64,000 nucleotides of DNA from Prevotellaceae bacterium UBA3849 (GCA_002392645.1 DGHL01000040.1:17906-81905); one strand, 5' to 3'; shown: positions 17,434 to 27,843, counted from the stretch's first letter. The notes: a model not told the origin generated them from the letters alone. A program made the numbers and translations.

Positions 17434-19488
17434 TCAGTTTCTCTTGATACCATTGCGTTCCAACAGTGCGTCGATGGTAGGTTCTGCGCCTTTGAAACGC
17501 TTGTAGAGAGTCATAGGATGCTCCGTACCACCCTTTGAGAGTATGCAGTCGCGGAATCGCTGTGCGGTGTCTTTGTTGAATATACCTTCCTTCTTGAATA
17601 CTGCGAATGCATCAGCATCGAGCACCTCAGCCCATTTATAACTGTAGTATCCGGCAGAGTAGCCGCCAGCCATAATGTGTGAGAACTGCACCGTCATGCA
17701 GGTGTCAGGTAGCTGTTTGTCTATGATGGCATCCTTCCATGCCTCCTTCTCGAATGGTATGATGTCGGCTGTAAACTCATCCTTCGTGGTATAGTATGCC
17801 ATGTCGAGCAATCCGAAACTTACCTGGCGCAGACACATGGATGCCACGTTGTAGTTACGTGCAGCAATCAGACGGTCTATCATTTCCTCTGGCATAGGCT
17901 CACCTGTTTGGTAGTGGAATGCGAACGTACGCAGGAAGTCCTTCTGAAGCACGAAGTTCTCCATAAACTGCGAAGGCAATTCTACGAAGTCCCACCATAC
18001 GTTTGTACCTGACAGTGACTCAAAGCGGGTGTTGGCGAACATGCCATGAAGCGAATGGCCGAACTCATGCAGGAATGTCTCCACCTCTCCTAAGGTAAGC
18101 AGGGCAGGTTTATCATCGGTAGGCTTTGTGAGATTCATCACTACACTGACGTGTGGTCGTATGTTCTCGCCTTTCTGGTTGATATACTGTCCTTGATATT
18201 CTGTCATCCAAGCTCCTCCCTGTTTGCCTTTGCGAGGGTGGAAGTCGGCATAGAACACGGCGAGGAATGAGCCGTCCTTGTCGTACACCTCGTAAGCTTT
18301 TACGTCGGGATGATATACAGGAATGTCCTTGTTTTCCTTGAAAGTGATGCCGTATAGTCTGTTAGCAAGACCGAACACACCGTCAATGACCTTTGATAAT
18401 TCCAGATAAGGGCGCAGCATCTCTGAGTCAACGTTGTACTTCTCAAGCTGTAGCTTATGTGAGTAGTATGCAGCATCCCATGGCATCAGCTTGAAGTCTT
18501 CGCCCTCCATCTTCAGTGCCATCTTCTTGAGTTCCTCTCGCTCCTCTATTGCAGTAGGCTTGTAAGCAGCTATGAGGTCGTTGAGCAGTTTATATACGTT
18601 GGCGGTGTTGGATGCCATGCGTTTCTTCAGTACATAGTCGGCATAGGTTTCGTGACCTAATAGTTGTGCTATCTCACGACGAATGTTAACGAGGCGCTTA
18701 CATATCCCGAGGTTGTTAGAGTCGTTGTCATGCGTACACTCTGTGTTGCGTGCCATGTATAGCTGCTTACGCAGTTCACGGTTCTTGGCATACTGCATGA
18801 AAGGACCGTATGAAGGAGCGTCAAGGGTAAATACCCATCCATCCATACCACGCTCTTTTGCTGCCATGGCAGCTGCGGTGCGCTGTGTCTCAGGCAGTCC
18901 GTCAAGATCTTTTTCTTCAGTCAGGTGCAGTGTATAAGCCTTGTTTTCCTTAAGTAGATTCTGTGAAAACTGCAGTGACAGCAGGCTACCTTCCTCTGTA
19001 AGTGCACGCAGTTTGTCCTTTCCAGCCTTGTCGAGCAGTGCACCAGAGCGCACGAAACCGTCGTAGGTCTTGTTGAGCAGCATCTCTTCCTCAGCAGTCA
19101 GTTCACGGTGGTTCTCATATACGGCCTTAATGCGTTGGAAGAGTTTCTCGTTCAGCGACACATCGTTCTGATGTTTCGTGAGTATTGGCTGTATTTTCTG
19201 TGCCAGTGCCTCAAGTTCATCATTTGTCTCAGCCGACATAAGGTTGAAGAATACGTTAGACACGTTGCCAAGCAACTCATAGTATTCCTCGTGTTCAGGG
19301 TCTGTATATATTATGGTGTTGTCAAACGTCGGTGGTTCGGGATTGTTGACTATCGTCTCAATCTGCTCGTCATCACGACGTATGCCCTCCATGAATGCAG
19401 GTTCGAAGTGCTCCAACTTGATTTTGTCAAACGGAACGGTCTTGTGTGGTGTTGTATATTCCTCGTAGAAAGGATTGTTTGTAGCCAT
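17434..19488 (-). CDS. dcp: M3 family peptidase (peptidyl-dipeptidase Dcp)
   Basis: HEFGH zincin motif, DFVELPSQ and GYSAGYYSYKWAEVLDAD. Confidence 0.9.
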   Translation of the reverse strand: MATNNPFYEEYTTPHKTVPFDKIKLEHFEPAFMEGIRRDDEQIETIVNNPEPPTFDNTIIYTDPEHEEYYELLGNVSNVFFNLMSAETNDELEALAQKIQPILTKHQNDVSLNEKLFQRIKAVYENHRELTAEEEMLLNKTYDGFVRSGALLDKAGKDKLRALTEEGSLLSLQFSQNLLKENKAYTLHLTEEKDLDGLPETQRTAAAMAAKERGMDGWVFTLDAPSYGPFMQYAKNRELRKQLYMARNTECTHDNDSNNLGICKRLVNIRREIAQLLGHETYADYVLKKRMASNTANVYKLLNDLIAAYKPTAIEEREELKKMALKMEGEDFKLMPWDAAYYSHKLQLEKYNVDSEMLRPYLELSKVIDGVFGLANRLYGITFKENKDIPVYHPDVKAYEVYDKDGSFLAVFYADFHPRKGKQGGAWMTEYQGQYINQKGENIRPHVSVVMNLTKPTDDKPALLTLGEVETFLHEFGHSLHGMFANTRFESLSGTNVWWDFVELPSQFMENFVLQKDFLRTFAFHYQTGEPMPEEMIDRLIAARNYNVASMCLRQVSFGLLDMAYYTTKDEFTADIIPFEKEAWKDAIIDKQLPDTCMTVQFSHIMAGGYSAGYYSYKWAEVLDADAFAVFKKEGIFNKDTAQRFRDCILSKGGTEHPMTLYKRFKGAEPTIDALLERNGIKRN

Positions 19489-19548
19489 CTTGTATTATGT
19501 GTTTTTTTATTTCTCGTTTTGTTATATTCCGTCAATAGGGTGGGGGCG

Positions 19549-20208
19549 CTACAGCAGTTGCAACATGGGCACCTCTATGATACCCCTCTTCAGTATTATT
19601 TTCTCCTCCTTCTCCATGGCATTGAGTGCCTGTGATATCTCCAGGCGCGTGTAGTTCGTCTCCTCTGCCAGCTGTACCATTTTTATATACAGCGTTTTCT
19701 TACCTGTCGGAGTATGGCTGTGATGCTGTATGAACATCTTTATGCGTTCTCTTGCGTCAGAGCCTCGTCTCTGCCAAGGCTGGCTTTCGAGCAACTGTGT
19801 CTTCCTGCATATAATGTTAAGGAGGTTCATCCTCACTATGACGTATTGCTCAAGTAGCTTCAGCAGCTGTGCCTTAGGAATGCTTATTATGGTGCAGGCG
19901 GTGTATGCAGTGTAGTTCGCCCTGTAGTGCTGCGTCATGCCAAACAGTTTCTCGGGTTCCACCACCAGCGGGCCTTGTGCCAGTTCCTTTATGTGGTATG
20001 AGCGACTGTCGGAATAAGTATCTGTTTCCACCCATCCGCGAGTAATGAATAGTAGAGACTCGCATTTCTCGTATTCGCTCACTATGACGCTGCCTTTCTT
20101 ATAGTGTCGCATGTCAAAGTGGGCTTCCGTGGCAATCTTGTCGAGGTCGGCGTTAGTCAGACCGATAAAGATTGGCACTGATGATATTTGGGTGGCGTTT
20201 AATATCAT
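19549..20208 (-). CDS. Crp/Fnr family transcriptional regulator
   Basis: cNMP-binding-like N-terminus; C-terminal HTH (LAEETNYTRLEISQAL). Confidence 0.8.
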   Translation of the reverse strand: MILNATQISSVPIFIGLTNADLDKIATEAHFDMRHYKKGSVIVSEYEKCESLLFITRGWVETDTYSDSRSYHIKELAQGPLVVEPEKLFGMTQHYRANYTAYTACTIISIPKAQLLKLLEQYVIVRMNLLNIICRKTQLLESQPWQRRGSDARERIKMFIQHHSHTPTGKKTLYIKMVQLAEETNYTRLEISQALNAMEKEEKIILKRGIIEVPMLQLL

Positions 20209-21233
20209 TCCTTTATGATGTTTTTCTCCAGTTCAGGCGAAAACCATACAGAGTAGTCTCCCTTGTCGTCATTATATATAAGGTAGGCCTTCATCTCCTT
20301 ATGGCGGCTTAGTATCTGCTTAGCCTTATCTATGCCGAGCACCATGAATGCCGTAGCGTATGCATCAGCCTGTGCGCAGGTAGGTGCGAGCACAGTAGCC
20401 GACAAAATGTTGTGCTGTATCGGATAGCCGGTCTTCGGGTCTATGGTGTGTGCATATTTCTTACCATCCTTGTAGTAATAGTTGCGATAGTTGCCTGATG
20501 TAGCCATGGCTACGTCTTTCAGTGCCAGGCGAGTCTGCAGTTCGTTGTTCACATACAGTGAATCATCCACGGGCTTCACCACTCCGATGTGCCACGGTTC
20601 CTTGTTAGGGTTGACACCTTTCGTTACGATTTCGCCACCAATCTCCACCATGTAGTTCTTCACGCCCTTGCTGTCAAGCATTCGTGCCACCTGGTCCACG
20701 GCATATCCCTTGGCAATAGCTCCGCAGTCGAGCATTATGCGTGGATCTTGTTTCGTTATCCGAGAGCCCTTAAGGGATACTTTGCTGAATCCAATGAACT
20801 GGCGTATGCTGTCCACCTGTGCCTGCGTCGGCATCTGTCCGTTCTTGAATCCGAATCCCCATGCGTTCACCAGCGGTGCTACGGTGATATCAAATGCCCC
20901 CTCAGTGTCGGCATATACCTCTGCGGCTTTGTTGAAGACGTCGATGAATAGAGAGTTGAGCTCCGTATCCTTATTCTGGTTTACGGCGGTTATGATTGAT
21001 TGCTTGTTGAATGGCGACAGTGCGCTGTCAACGGCAAGCAATGTCGTATTGATATCCTGCTTCAGGTCTTCATCGCTTTCGTAAGTCACGTTGTAAGCCG
21101 TGCCGAATATGAAGTCAGAGTCCTTATGGTATGTCGTGCCCTTGTCGCTATGCCTGTTGTAAGCCAACAATGCCGCAAGCGCGGCGATTGCTATCAGTGG
21201 AAGGGCGTAGGCTGCTATTTTCTGTCTAGTCAT
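20205..21233 (-). CDS. apbE: FAD:protein FMN transferase
   Basis: GAFDIT, GAIAKGYAVD, ATSGNYR, HTIDP and ADAYATA motifs. Confidence 0.92.
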   Translation of the reverse strand: MTRQKIAAYALPLIAIAALAALLAYNRHSDKGTTYHKDSDFIFGTAYNVTYESDEDLKQDINTTLLAVDSALSPFNKQSIITAVNQNKDTELNSLFIDVFNKAAEVYADTEGAFDITVAPLVNAWGFGFKNGQMPTQAQVDSIRQFIGFSKVSLKGSRITKQDPRIMLDCGAIAKGYAVDQVARMLDSKGVKNYMVEIGGEIVTKGVNPNKEPWHIGVVKPVDDSLYVNNELQTRLALKDVAMATSGNYRNYYYKDGKKYAHTIDPKTGYPIQHNILSATVLAPTCAQADAYATAFMVLGIDKAKQILSRHKEMKAYLIYNDDKGDYSVWFSPELEKNIIKE

Positions 21234-21934
21234 ATCTTCTTGTTCTTGCGTCCCAGTTCAAACGTTATGTTGAAAGTGCCACCGAGTCTGTTGCCGTTTT
21301 TACCATAGCCAGGTATATACCATAGATCACCGATGCCATCGTCGCTGCTGCTCAGCTTTGCCTTGTACCTGAAGCTCCATCCCATTCTTACGGGTCCCCA
21401 TATCTGTGCATCGACTGAGAATAGGAATTCAGCCCAGTGGTAAGTGCATTTCGATTCATAGGAATAAGGCACCCTGCCACCCCAGTAAGGGTCTGTTATG
21501 TCTCCGTGTGCCTTGGTCTTGAAAGATGTCAGTGCATAGCGTGCACCTAACATTATGCGGTATTTGTCGTGCTTGTCTTTTGCCATGTTGAGGTCGCAGC
21601 CTATCCTGCCGTATGGTGCACGCACGGTGCTCTCTATATGCGTTACTACATCCTCCGTATGCTTAGCATCACCCAGTCCTAACTCTATGATAGGGAAATA
21701 GCGGTCTTTAAGGTTCACTCGCAGCGCACCCTCAAATTGTCCGTAGTCGCTTACAAGGCGCATCACGGTGCCGGCGAGGTCGTATGACAATGATATGCCA
21801 CGGAAAAGTTCTGTGCTGTCAACCTCTGCCATGTCTTTCTTGTCCCTGCCTTGCGCATTGACATCCTGGCAGAAGGCAAACAGGCTAATTGCTGCCGTTA
21901 AGACGAATAAATATGTTCTTAGCTGATGCGTCAT
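21230..21934 (-). CDS. Conserved Bacteroidota outer-membrane beta-strand protein (DUF6048-like)
   Basis: Signal peptide, alternating beta-strands and WYIPGYG near the C-terminus; conserved position next to the DUF6452-like gene. Confidence 0.6.
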   Translation of the reverse strand: MTHQLRTYLFVLTAAISLFAFCQDVNAQGRDKKDMAEVDSTELFRGISLSYDLAGTVMRLVSDYGQFEGALRVNLKDRYFPIIELGLGDAKHTEDVVTHIESTVRAPYGRIGCDLNMAKDKHDKYRIMLGARYALTSFKTKAHGDITDPYWGGRVPYSYESKCTYHWAEFLFSVDAQIWGPVRMGWSFRYKAKLSSSDDGIGDLWYIPGYGKNGNRLGGTFNITFELGRKNKKI

Positions 21935-22391
21935 TACTTACCTTGGTGTCGTTTATTATGATGGTGTCAATGAAGTTTTTCGTGTATGTCACGTCCTGTA
22001 GCGTATGCCTGTAGCGTGCAGGGCATTCTACTGACTCAAAGCTTGCCTGGTTGGTCTTTGTTATAGTGACCTTGTCGCTTATTGTCGTTTCTTCGTTTAT
22101 GTGCAGCGTAAGGGTGAAGGCATCGCTTTCGGCAATGTGGCTCATAGGTAGCTCAAACGAACTTACGTTCTCCTGTTGGTTGATATAAACCGTATCTTCG
22201 TCTGCCAGTGGTCGGCTGAACGTCACGCTGAGAGGGTATTCCAGCACGCTGTCTTCTCCTTCAGAGGTCTGTATATAGTACTTACACAAAACCTTGCCTG
22301 TCAGACTGCAGTCTATGGATGAACATGCCGCCAAGCCTGCAATGACAACAAACATAGTGATGGCTCGTAATAACATTACGCTTTTATCCAT
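21885..22391 (-). CDS. Conserved lipoprotein (DUF6452-like)
   Basis: Lipobox LAAC; CSSIDC and FESVEC motifs. Confidence 0.6.
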   Translation of the reverse strand: MDKSVMLLRAITMFVVIAGLAACSSIDCSLTGKVLCKYYIQTSEGEDSVLEYPLSVTFSRPLADEDTVYINQQENVSSFELPMSHIAESDAFTLTLHINEETTISDKVTITKTNQASFESVECPARYRHTLQDVTYTKNFIDTIIINDTKVSNDASAKNIFIRLNGSN

Positions 22392-22445
22392 TATTCTTCC
22401 TTGATTTTTTCAGTTAATCTATCGTCCGTCACCCCTTAGGCATTA

Positions 22446-23405
22446 CTATACAAACTTCTCTATCTGATATTCATTCCTGCCTTGTGACGAGCGACTTACG
22501 AGGTCTGCCACGAAACCGGCGAGGAATAACTGTGTGCCTATTATCATCATTGTCAGTGAGATGTAGAAGTATGGAGAGTCGGTGACAAGGCGCTGTGGTA
22601 TGTTGTGTGCCAATGCCCACAACTTGCCGGCACCGATGATTCCTGCTGCTATGAAACCGATAAAGAACATCAGTGTGCCGAGGAAACCGAAGATGTGCAT
22701 AGGTTTCTTGCCGAATGTAGAAAGGAACCACAGCGTGATGAGGTCGAGGTATCCGTTTACGAATCTGTTCCATCCCATGAACTTCGACTTGCCGAACTTT
22801 CTTGCCTGATGATGTACGGGCTTCTCTGCAATCTTTGAGAAACCGGCGTTCTTTGCAAGGTAAGGCATGTAGCGGTGCATCTCGCCATACACCTCGATGT
22901 TCTTCACCACCTCCTTGCGATATGCTTTCAGACCGCAGTTGAAGTCGTGCAGGTTGTGTATGCCGCTGACCTTTCTTGCCGTAGCGTTAAAGAGCTTTGT
23001 CGGTATGGTCTTCGACAGAGGGTCGCCCTGCTTGCGGTTCTGCTTGTAACCGCTAACGAGGTCGTAGCCGTCTTCCTTTATCATGCGGTAAAGCTCCGGA
23101 ATCTCGTCGGGTGAGTCCTGCAGGTCGGCGTCCATAGTAATCACCACGTCACCGTTGACCTTTTCGAAACCACAGTAAAGGGCAGGCGACTTGCCATAGT
23201 TCCTGCGGAACTTTATTCCGTGCACGTGCTCGTCTTTCGCTGCGAGGCCTTCTATTATCTCCCACGAGTGGTCTGTAGAGCCATCGTTTACGAATATGAC
23301 CTCATAGCTGAAGCCATGCTCTTTCATTACTCGCTCTATCCATGCGTAGAGTTCTGGTATAGACTCTTCCTCGTTGTAAAGTGGTACTACTACTGATATA
23401 TCCAT
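22446..23405 (-). CDS. Glycosyltransferase family 2 (polyprenol-phosphate sugar transferase-like)
   Basis: VVPLYNEE, VNDGSTD and MDADLQD motifs, plus two C-terminal TM helices. Confidence 0.9.
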   Translation of the reverse strand: MDISVVVPLYNEEESIPELYAWIERVMKEHGFSYEVIFVNDGSTDHSWEIIEGLAAKDEHVHGIKFRRNYGKSPALYCGFEKVNGDVVITMDADLQDSPDEIPELYRMIKEDGYDLVSGYKQNRKQGDPLSKTIPTKLFNATARKVSGIHNLHDFNCGLKAYRKEVVKNIEVYGEMHRYMPYLAKNAGFSKIAEKPVHHQARKFGKSKFMGWNRFVNGYLDLITLWFLSTFGKKPMHIFGFLGTLMFFIGFIAAGIIGAGKLWALAHNIPQRLVTDSPYFYISLTMMIIGTQLFLAGFVADLVSRSSQGRNEYQIEKFV

Positions 23406-23469
23406 TTCCTCTGTATGTTTTCGTTTGTCACTCTCTCTCCCACATCGTGTAGGGTGGGGTGGGGCGTTT

Positions 23470-24027
23470 TTATCTTAAGCCTTCTGATGTCTTCGGCTGA
23501 GTCTTCTTGCCAATGAGGGCAATGACGGCTGCAGCGATGAAACCTGTAAAGGTGCTGTTGCAGAAAAGGCTGAAAGCCATATCTACGGGGCGCGACTGCG
23601 ATAACAGCCCCAACTGCTCGTCAAGCATCTTGACGTCCATTCCGGCGTTAGTGAATGAATTCCTTATCTGGGGTATTGCCATCTGCTGCTGCATGTGCGA
23701 CATGAAGGCGCCATCGTCGAAGAAGTAGAAGTATATGAAAGTGGCTGCCGCCAGTATTATGGCTGCATACACCACCATCAGTGCAACGAAGCAGAAGGCG
23801 CGCTTGAAACTTATGTTGCCGCCTATTATGCGGTCGCGATAGCGCTTCAGCAGTCGATACATCATTATAGGGGTCGTTATGACTCCTGCTATGAATCCTA
23901 TTTGCAGGGGTGAATCAGACATGCTGCCGATAAAACAGCCTAAGGTGAAAATCCACAGACAGCCCAGGAAGAATCCGTCCTGACGGGCGAATGCCTTTAA
24001 TTGTATGTATTCAGAAGGGGAAATCAT
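23470..24027 (-). CDS. DUF4199-like membrane protein
   Basis: Four TM helices and a G.ISF..AF motif; usual upstream neighbour of this GT2. Confidence 0.7.
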   Translation of the reverse strand: MISPSEYIQLKAFARQDGFFLGCLWIFTLGCFIGSMSDSPLQIGFIAGVITTPIMMYRLLKRYRDRIIGGNISFKRAFCFVALMVVYAAIILAAATFIYFYFFDDGAFMSHMQQQMAIPQIRNSFTNAGMDVKMLDEQLGLLSQSRPVDMAFSLFCNSTFTGFIAAAVIALIGKKTQPKTSEGLR

Positions 24028-24187
24028 GCTACAAAGTTACGCATTTTATTTCACTTTAAGGCACTTTGGATGTCCTTTTGTCTTAATAAACCTTAAATAT
24101 CACCCCTTTTTAAAGTCTTTTTGCTAAATATATGCGGGAAAATGCGTACCTTTGCACCCGCTTACGAAAGAAAAGCGTAGAAATACA

Positions 24188-24285
24188 TGGGCAAGTCTTG
24201 CACGACCAGCTCCCTCGGAATCCTCCAGGACGGGAACGTAGCAAAGGTACTTGGTTGTAGCGGTGCGATGTAAGTAGCTTGCCCA
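24188..24285 (+). ncRNA. ffs: Signal recognition particle RNA (4.5S)
   Basis: Terminal helix TGGGCAAG/CTTGCCCA and a helix-8-like CCAGGACGGGAACGTAGCA; TACCTTTG promoter at about 24147. Confidence 0.85.
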
Positions 24286-24288
24286 CCC

Positions 24289-24362
24289 GCCTCTTTAGCT
24301 CAGTTGGCCAGAGCACGTGATTTGTAATCTCGGGGTCGTTGGTTCGAATCCGACAAGAGGCT
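24289..24362 (+). tRNA. tRNA-Thr(TGT)
   Basis: GCCTCTT/AAGAGGC acceptor stem, D-arm TAGCTCAGTTGG, anticodon loop TTTGTAA and T-arm GGTTCGAATCC; no encoded CCA. Confidence 0.95.
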
Positions 24363-24376
24363 CAAGAAAAACGAAT

Positions 24377-24414
24377 AATGCCGGAAAATTCCATTAAGGA
24401 TTTTCCGGCATTTT
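24377..24414. terminator. Terminator after ffs-tRNA-Thr, shared with the convergent DUF805 gene
   Basis: AATGCCGGAAAAT...ATTTTCCGGCATTTT. Confidence 0.78.
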
Positions 24415-24433
24415 GTTTTGTGATTATATTTTC

Positions 24434-24949
24434 TTAAATCTGAGATGCAGCGTTTTCTTCCTGTGTGATGTATTTTGGAGACTCGCCATATTTGTTAGCC
24501 TGTGGCTCGCTGTCTTTGAGAGTCCAGAATATCAGGATGAGGTTCACGATAGGAATGATACCTATGAGCATAGCCCATCCGCTCTTGCCGATATCGTGCA
24601 GACGACGTGCGCACACTGCAAGTGCAGGGATAAGCAATGCGAGCATGATTATACACAAAATCACTGCGCATGGGAAGAAGGTATCGTCACATGCCTGTGC
24701 TTTGTCAAGGAGTGCCTGCTGCTTCTCTGCATCAAATAAAGTCTCGCCTATTTGTGACTCTAACTCAGCCTTTACAGCTAACTTCCAGCTGAATAATTGC
24801 TGCATCAGTATTCCAGGGATGCTGTTGAGCAGACAGAACCACCAATACTCAGAACGACGTGCGCGTCCACTAAATGTAGCATACTTCTTAAAACATGTCT
24901 TTATGGCCTCGCCGAAAGACAATTTAGGGAGAGCAATTGTATTTGCCAT
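24434..24949 (-). CDS. DUF805 family inner-membrane protein
   Basis: FSGRARRSEYWWF, RRLHDIGKSG and NKYG motifs. Confidence 0.9.
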   Translation of the reverse strand: MANTIALPKLSFGEAIKTCFKKYATFSGRARRSEYWWFCLLNSIPGILMQQLFSWKLAVKAELESQIGETLFDAEKQQALLDKAQACDDTFFPCAVILCIIMLALLIPALAVCARRLHDIGKSGWAMLIGIIPIVNLILIFWTLKDSEPQANKYGESPKYITQEENAASQI

Positions 24950-25262
24950 GTTAGTAAAATGTTTGGTTAATTATTTAGTTAAAAATGTTTGGTTTGCTTT
25001 TGTTTGGTTGGTTTCGATAAATTGTTTGGTTGGTTTCGATAAATTGTTAGTTTCTTTTATCAATACTTGTTGCAAAGGTAAGCAAATTAATCTTATTTTG
25101 CCTAATTATAAAAACAGATTAAGTGTTTTTTAAAATACTTTAACAAACATTTTGTTTTCGGACTCATGTATGGCAATAATGCGAAAACTGTAATATGTAT
25201 CGTAAGACAATAAAAAACTCCATTCGTAACCAATTCTTTCTTAGTGTGTTACGAAGGGAGTT

Positions 25263-25347
25263 GTAAAAGCTATGCTTTTACGTTGTAATATGATAGCTTT
25301 TACCGTGTAATTTGATACCTTTTACAAGGTAATATGATAGCTTTTAC
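25263..25347. repeat. 22-bp-period quasi-palindrome array, copy 2 (4 units)
   Basis: Units at 25263, 25285, 25307 and 25329 (GTAATATGATAGCTTTTAC variants); mostly opposite orientation to copy 1. Confidence 0.85.
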
Positions 25348-25368
25348 AGCGCAATGTTATGCAACTGT

Positions 25369-25410
25369 AAAAAAGGAGCGGTGGCTTCCAATCGGAAACC
25401 ACCGCTTTTT
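25369..25410 (-). terminator. Terminator downstream of glmM
   Basis: AAAAAAGGAGCGGTGG...CCACCGCTTTTT hairpin. Confidence 0.65.
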
Positions 25411-25423
25411 AGTTCTGAGTTAC

Positions 25424-25520
25424 AGACCCACCACAACCCTCCCTGTAAGGGAGGGGAAGTTAAGTGAGTTAAGAATTATGCATTATGAATTATGAATTAT
25501 GCATTATGAATTCTGCATTA
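25424..25520. repeat. REP-like palindrome copy 2 plus (GAATTAT/GCATTAT)n heptamers
   Basis: AGACCCACCACAACCCTCCCTGTAAGGGAGGGG followed by tandem 7-mers up to the glmM stop. Confidence 0.75.
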
Positions 25521-26909
25521 TTACTGCATGTCGTAAACCACCTGCATGATTTTCTTTCCGAGTTCGTCGGCTTCGTCCATGCTGTGTGCCTCGCTATATA
25601 CGCGGATGATAGGCTCGGTGTTTGACTTGCGGAGGTGTACCCACTTGTCAGGGAAGTCTATCTTTACACCGTCAATGTCGTTTACCTGTGCGTCAGGCTG
25701 TGCGCTGTACATCTCCTTTACCTTTGCAAGGATTGCATCAACGTCAGTGTCGGCTGTCAGGTCAATGCGGTTCTTGGCAATGAAATACTCAGGGAAGGTC
25801 TTGCGCAGTTCGCTGACCTTACATCCCTTCTGTGCCAATGAGCTGAGGAACAATGCTATACCTACGAGCGCGTCACGACCGTAGTGGCTCTCTGGGTATA
25901 TCACACCGCCGTTGCCCTCACCGCCTATCACGGCGCCAACCTCGCGCATCTTGGTGGTTACGTTCACCTCGCCAACGGCTGCGGCACTGTATTTTCCACC
26001 ATGCTTCTCAGTTACGTCGCGCAGTGCACGGGTGCTTGACAGGTTGCTGACGGTAGCTCCGGGTGTATGGCTGAGTACGTAGTCGGCTACGCTTACCAGT
26101 GTATATTCCTCACCGAACATCTTGCCGTCCTCGCAGATGAAGGCAAGGCGGTCAACGTCAGGGTCAACCACGATACCGAGATCGTAGCCGCCACCTTTCA
26201 GTGCGTCCATGATGCCGCCGAGGTTCTTCTCAAGTGGTTCAGGGTTGTGTGCGAAGTCGCCATTGGCTTCGCCGTTAAGGAATGTATATCTTACGCCGAG
26301 CTCGTCAAGCAATGATGGGAGTATGATGCCTCCCACGCTGTTGATAGAGTCAACCACTACGTTGAAGTTTGCTTTCTTGATGGCATCCTTGTCCACCAGC
26401 TTCAGGTTCATTACGGCGTCGATATGTTTCTTGTCGAAATTCTCCTCTGTATATTTACCGATATTGTCAACGTCGGCATATTCGAAAGCCTCAGACTCTG
26501 CGATAGCAAGTACCTCGGCACCGTCCTGTGCGGTAAGGAACTCACCACGGTTGTTAAGGAGCTTCAGCGCGTTCCAGTGGCGTGGGTTGTGTGATGCGGT
26601 GATGATGATGCCGCCGTCAGCGCCAGCCATTGTCACTGCGAGTTCTGTGGTAGGTGTTGATGCCAAGCCGATGTTTACTACATCGTAGCCCATACCGAGC
26701 AGAGTGCCGCAAACTACGTTCTTTACCATCTCGCCGGATATGCGTGCATCGCGTCCTACAACGATTTTGCCGCTACCGTTAGGCATTGACTTGCGTATAA
26801 AGGTAGCGTATGCAGATGTGAACTTTACTATATCTAAAGGATTCAGAGTGTCACCCGTTTTACCTCCGATGGTGCCGCGGATGCCCGATATTGATTTGAT
26901 TAATGACAT
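25521..26909 (-). CDS. glmM: Phosphoglucosamine mutase
   Basis: SISGIRG, TASHNP, DPDVDR and GGEGNGG motifs. Confidence 0.88.
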   Translation of the reverse strand: MSLIKSISGIRGTIGGKTGDTLNPLDIVKFTSAYATFIRKSMPNGSGKIVVGRDARISGEMVKNVVCGTLLGMGYDVVNIGLASTPTTELAVTMAGADGGIIITASHNPRHWNALKLLNNRGEFLTAQDGAEVLAIAESEAFEYADVDNIGKYTEENFDKKHIDAVMNLKLVDKDAIKKANFNVVVDSINSVGGIILPSLLDELGVRYTFLNGEANGDFAHNPEPLEKNLGGIMDALKGGGYDLGIVVDPDVDRLAFICEDGKMFGEEYTLVSVADYVLSHTPGATVSNLSSTRALRDVTEKHGGKYSAAAVGEVNVTTKMREVGAVIGGEGNGGVIYPESHYGRDALVGIALFLSSLAQKGCKVSELRKTFPEYFIAKNRIDLTADTDVDAILAKVKEMYSAQPDAQVNDIDGVKIDFPDKWVHLRKSNTEPIIRVYSEAHSMDEADELGKKIMQVVYDMQ

Positions 26910-26917
26910 GGGGGAAT

Positions 26918-27034
26918 AGTTATGAGTTATGAGTTATGAGTTATGAGTTCTTTTAGTCGGCTTGCAGCCTTTGTAAAAGCGTCGCAAAGCGCCGAGCGAT
27001 GAATTATGAATTCTGCATTATGAATTATGAATTA
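26918..27034. repeat. Composite intergenic element (GAGTTAT)n - core - (GAATTAT/GCATTAT)n
   Basis: Heptamer runs flank a core containing CTTGC...AAGCGTC...GCCGAGCGA; the same layout occurs at 29930-30070. Confidence 0.7.
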
Positions 27035-27694
27035 TTACAGTCCTTTCTGGAATGTTATGTCGTAGAAACAAGCGTACACCTTACTTGTAGCGTATGCGTG
27101 TCCCTTATCGTGTGGCACCACAATCTTCACGTGTGCAACGCTCTCGTCTGCGTTGGATGGGCGTCCCAGTTTTACGTAGCTGAGAGGTGTAAGCCAACCT
27201 GTTGGCACAGCTGTGCTGCCAGTGGCTTGCGCAAGCAGTCCGCTGGTGTCGAATGAAGCGCTTATGGTACCGCTGGTGCGTCGCACCATCATCTTGTCGT
27301 ATGTAGCGGCATATACGAAGCGTCCCTCGTTAGAAAGAGTTAGCGAGTCACCATTGATGTTGTATTCCGTGAAACGGCATAGCACGTCGCAGCTTTCGCC
27401 ATTCTTAAGAATCTCGCCGCATCCCTTGTTGACGATCTGCATATAGATTCCGGTAGAGGCAAACAGCACGTACTCGTTGGTGGATGTGTCTGTTACCTCG
27501 CCCTTGGCCTTGAACTCTGCCTCGCTGATAACCTTTACAGGTCGTTTGTTTATTTTGCAGTTTCCGTTAATGAAATTGTTTATGCAACCTCTTTCATATT
27601 CCTTTTGCTCAGCGTATGTCTGTGTGTCATTGCACGAAGTCGTTGCTGAAATGGCAACGACGGCAAAAAGGATGGCGTATATTACTTTCTTCAT
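27035..27694 (-). CDS. DUF4827-like lipoprotein (FKBP-like fold)
   Basis: Lipobox TTSC; TYAEQKE.E, VP.GW..PL.Y and IVVPH..G motifs. Confidence 0.7.
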   Translation of the reverse strand: MKKVIYAILFAVVAISATTSCNDTQTYAEQKEYERGCINNFINGNCKINKRPVKVISEAEFKAKGEVTDTSTNEYVLFASTGIYMQIVNKGCGEILKNGESCDVLCRFTEYNINGDSLTLSNEGRFVYAATYDKMMVRRTSGTISASFDTSGLLAQATGSTAVPTGWLTPLSYVKLGRPSNADESVAHVKIVVPHDKGHAYATSKVYACFYDITFQKGL

Positions 27695-27843
27695 TTTTTT
27701 TGTTTGTTGCGTAGTTTTACGTAGTTGTTTAGCGTAATTCCGTGCAAAGTTACAAATAATTTCGCAAATATATGTGGGTTGTTAGCCTAAATAAACTTAA
27801 AACCAGTGTTATTAACTTTTCTAAACATCATGAGGGTATGGTA

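Noticed and set aside
24289-24450. tRNA-Thr as an integration site, and its T-T anticodon-stem mismatch as a sign of pseudogenisation
   Set aside because: No integrase or duplicated tRNA 3' end was seen in the window. The cloverleaf is otherwise intact and the gene is in a normal ffs-tRNA unit.
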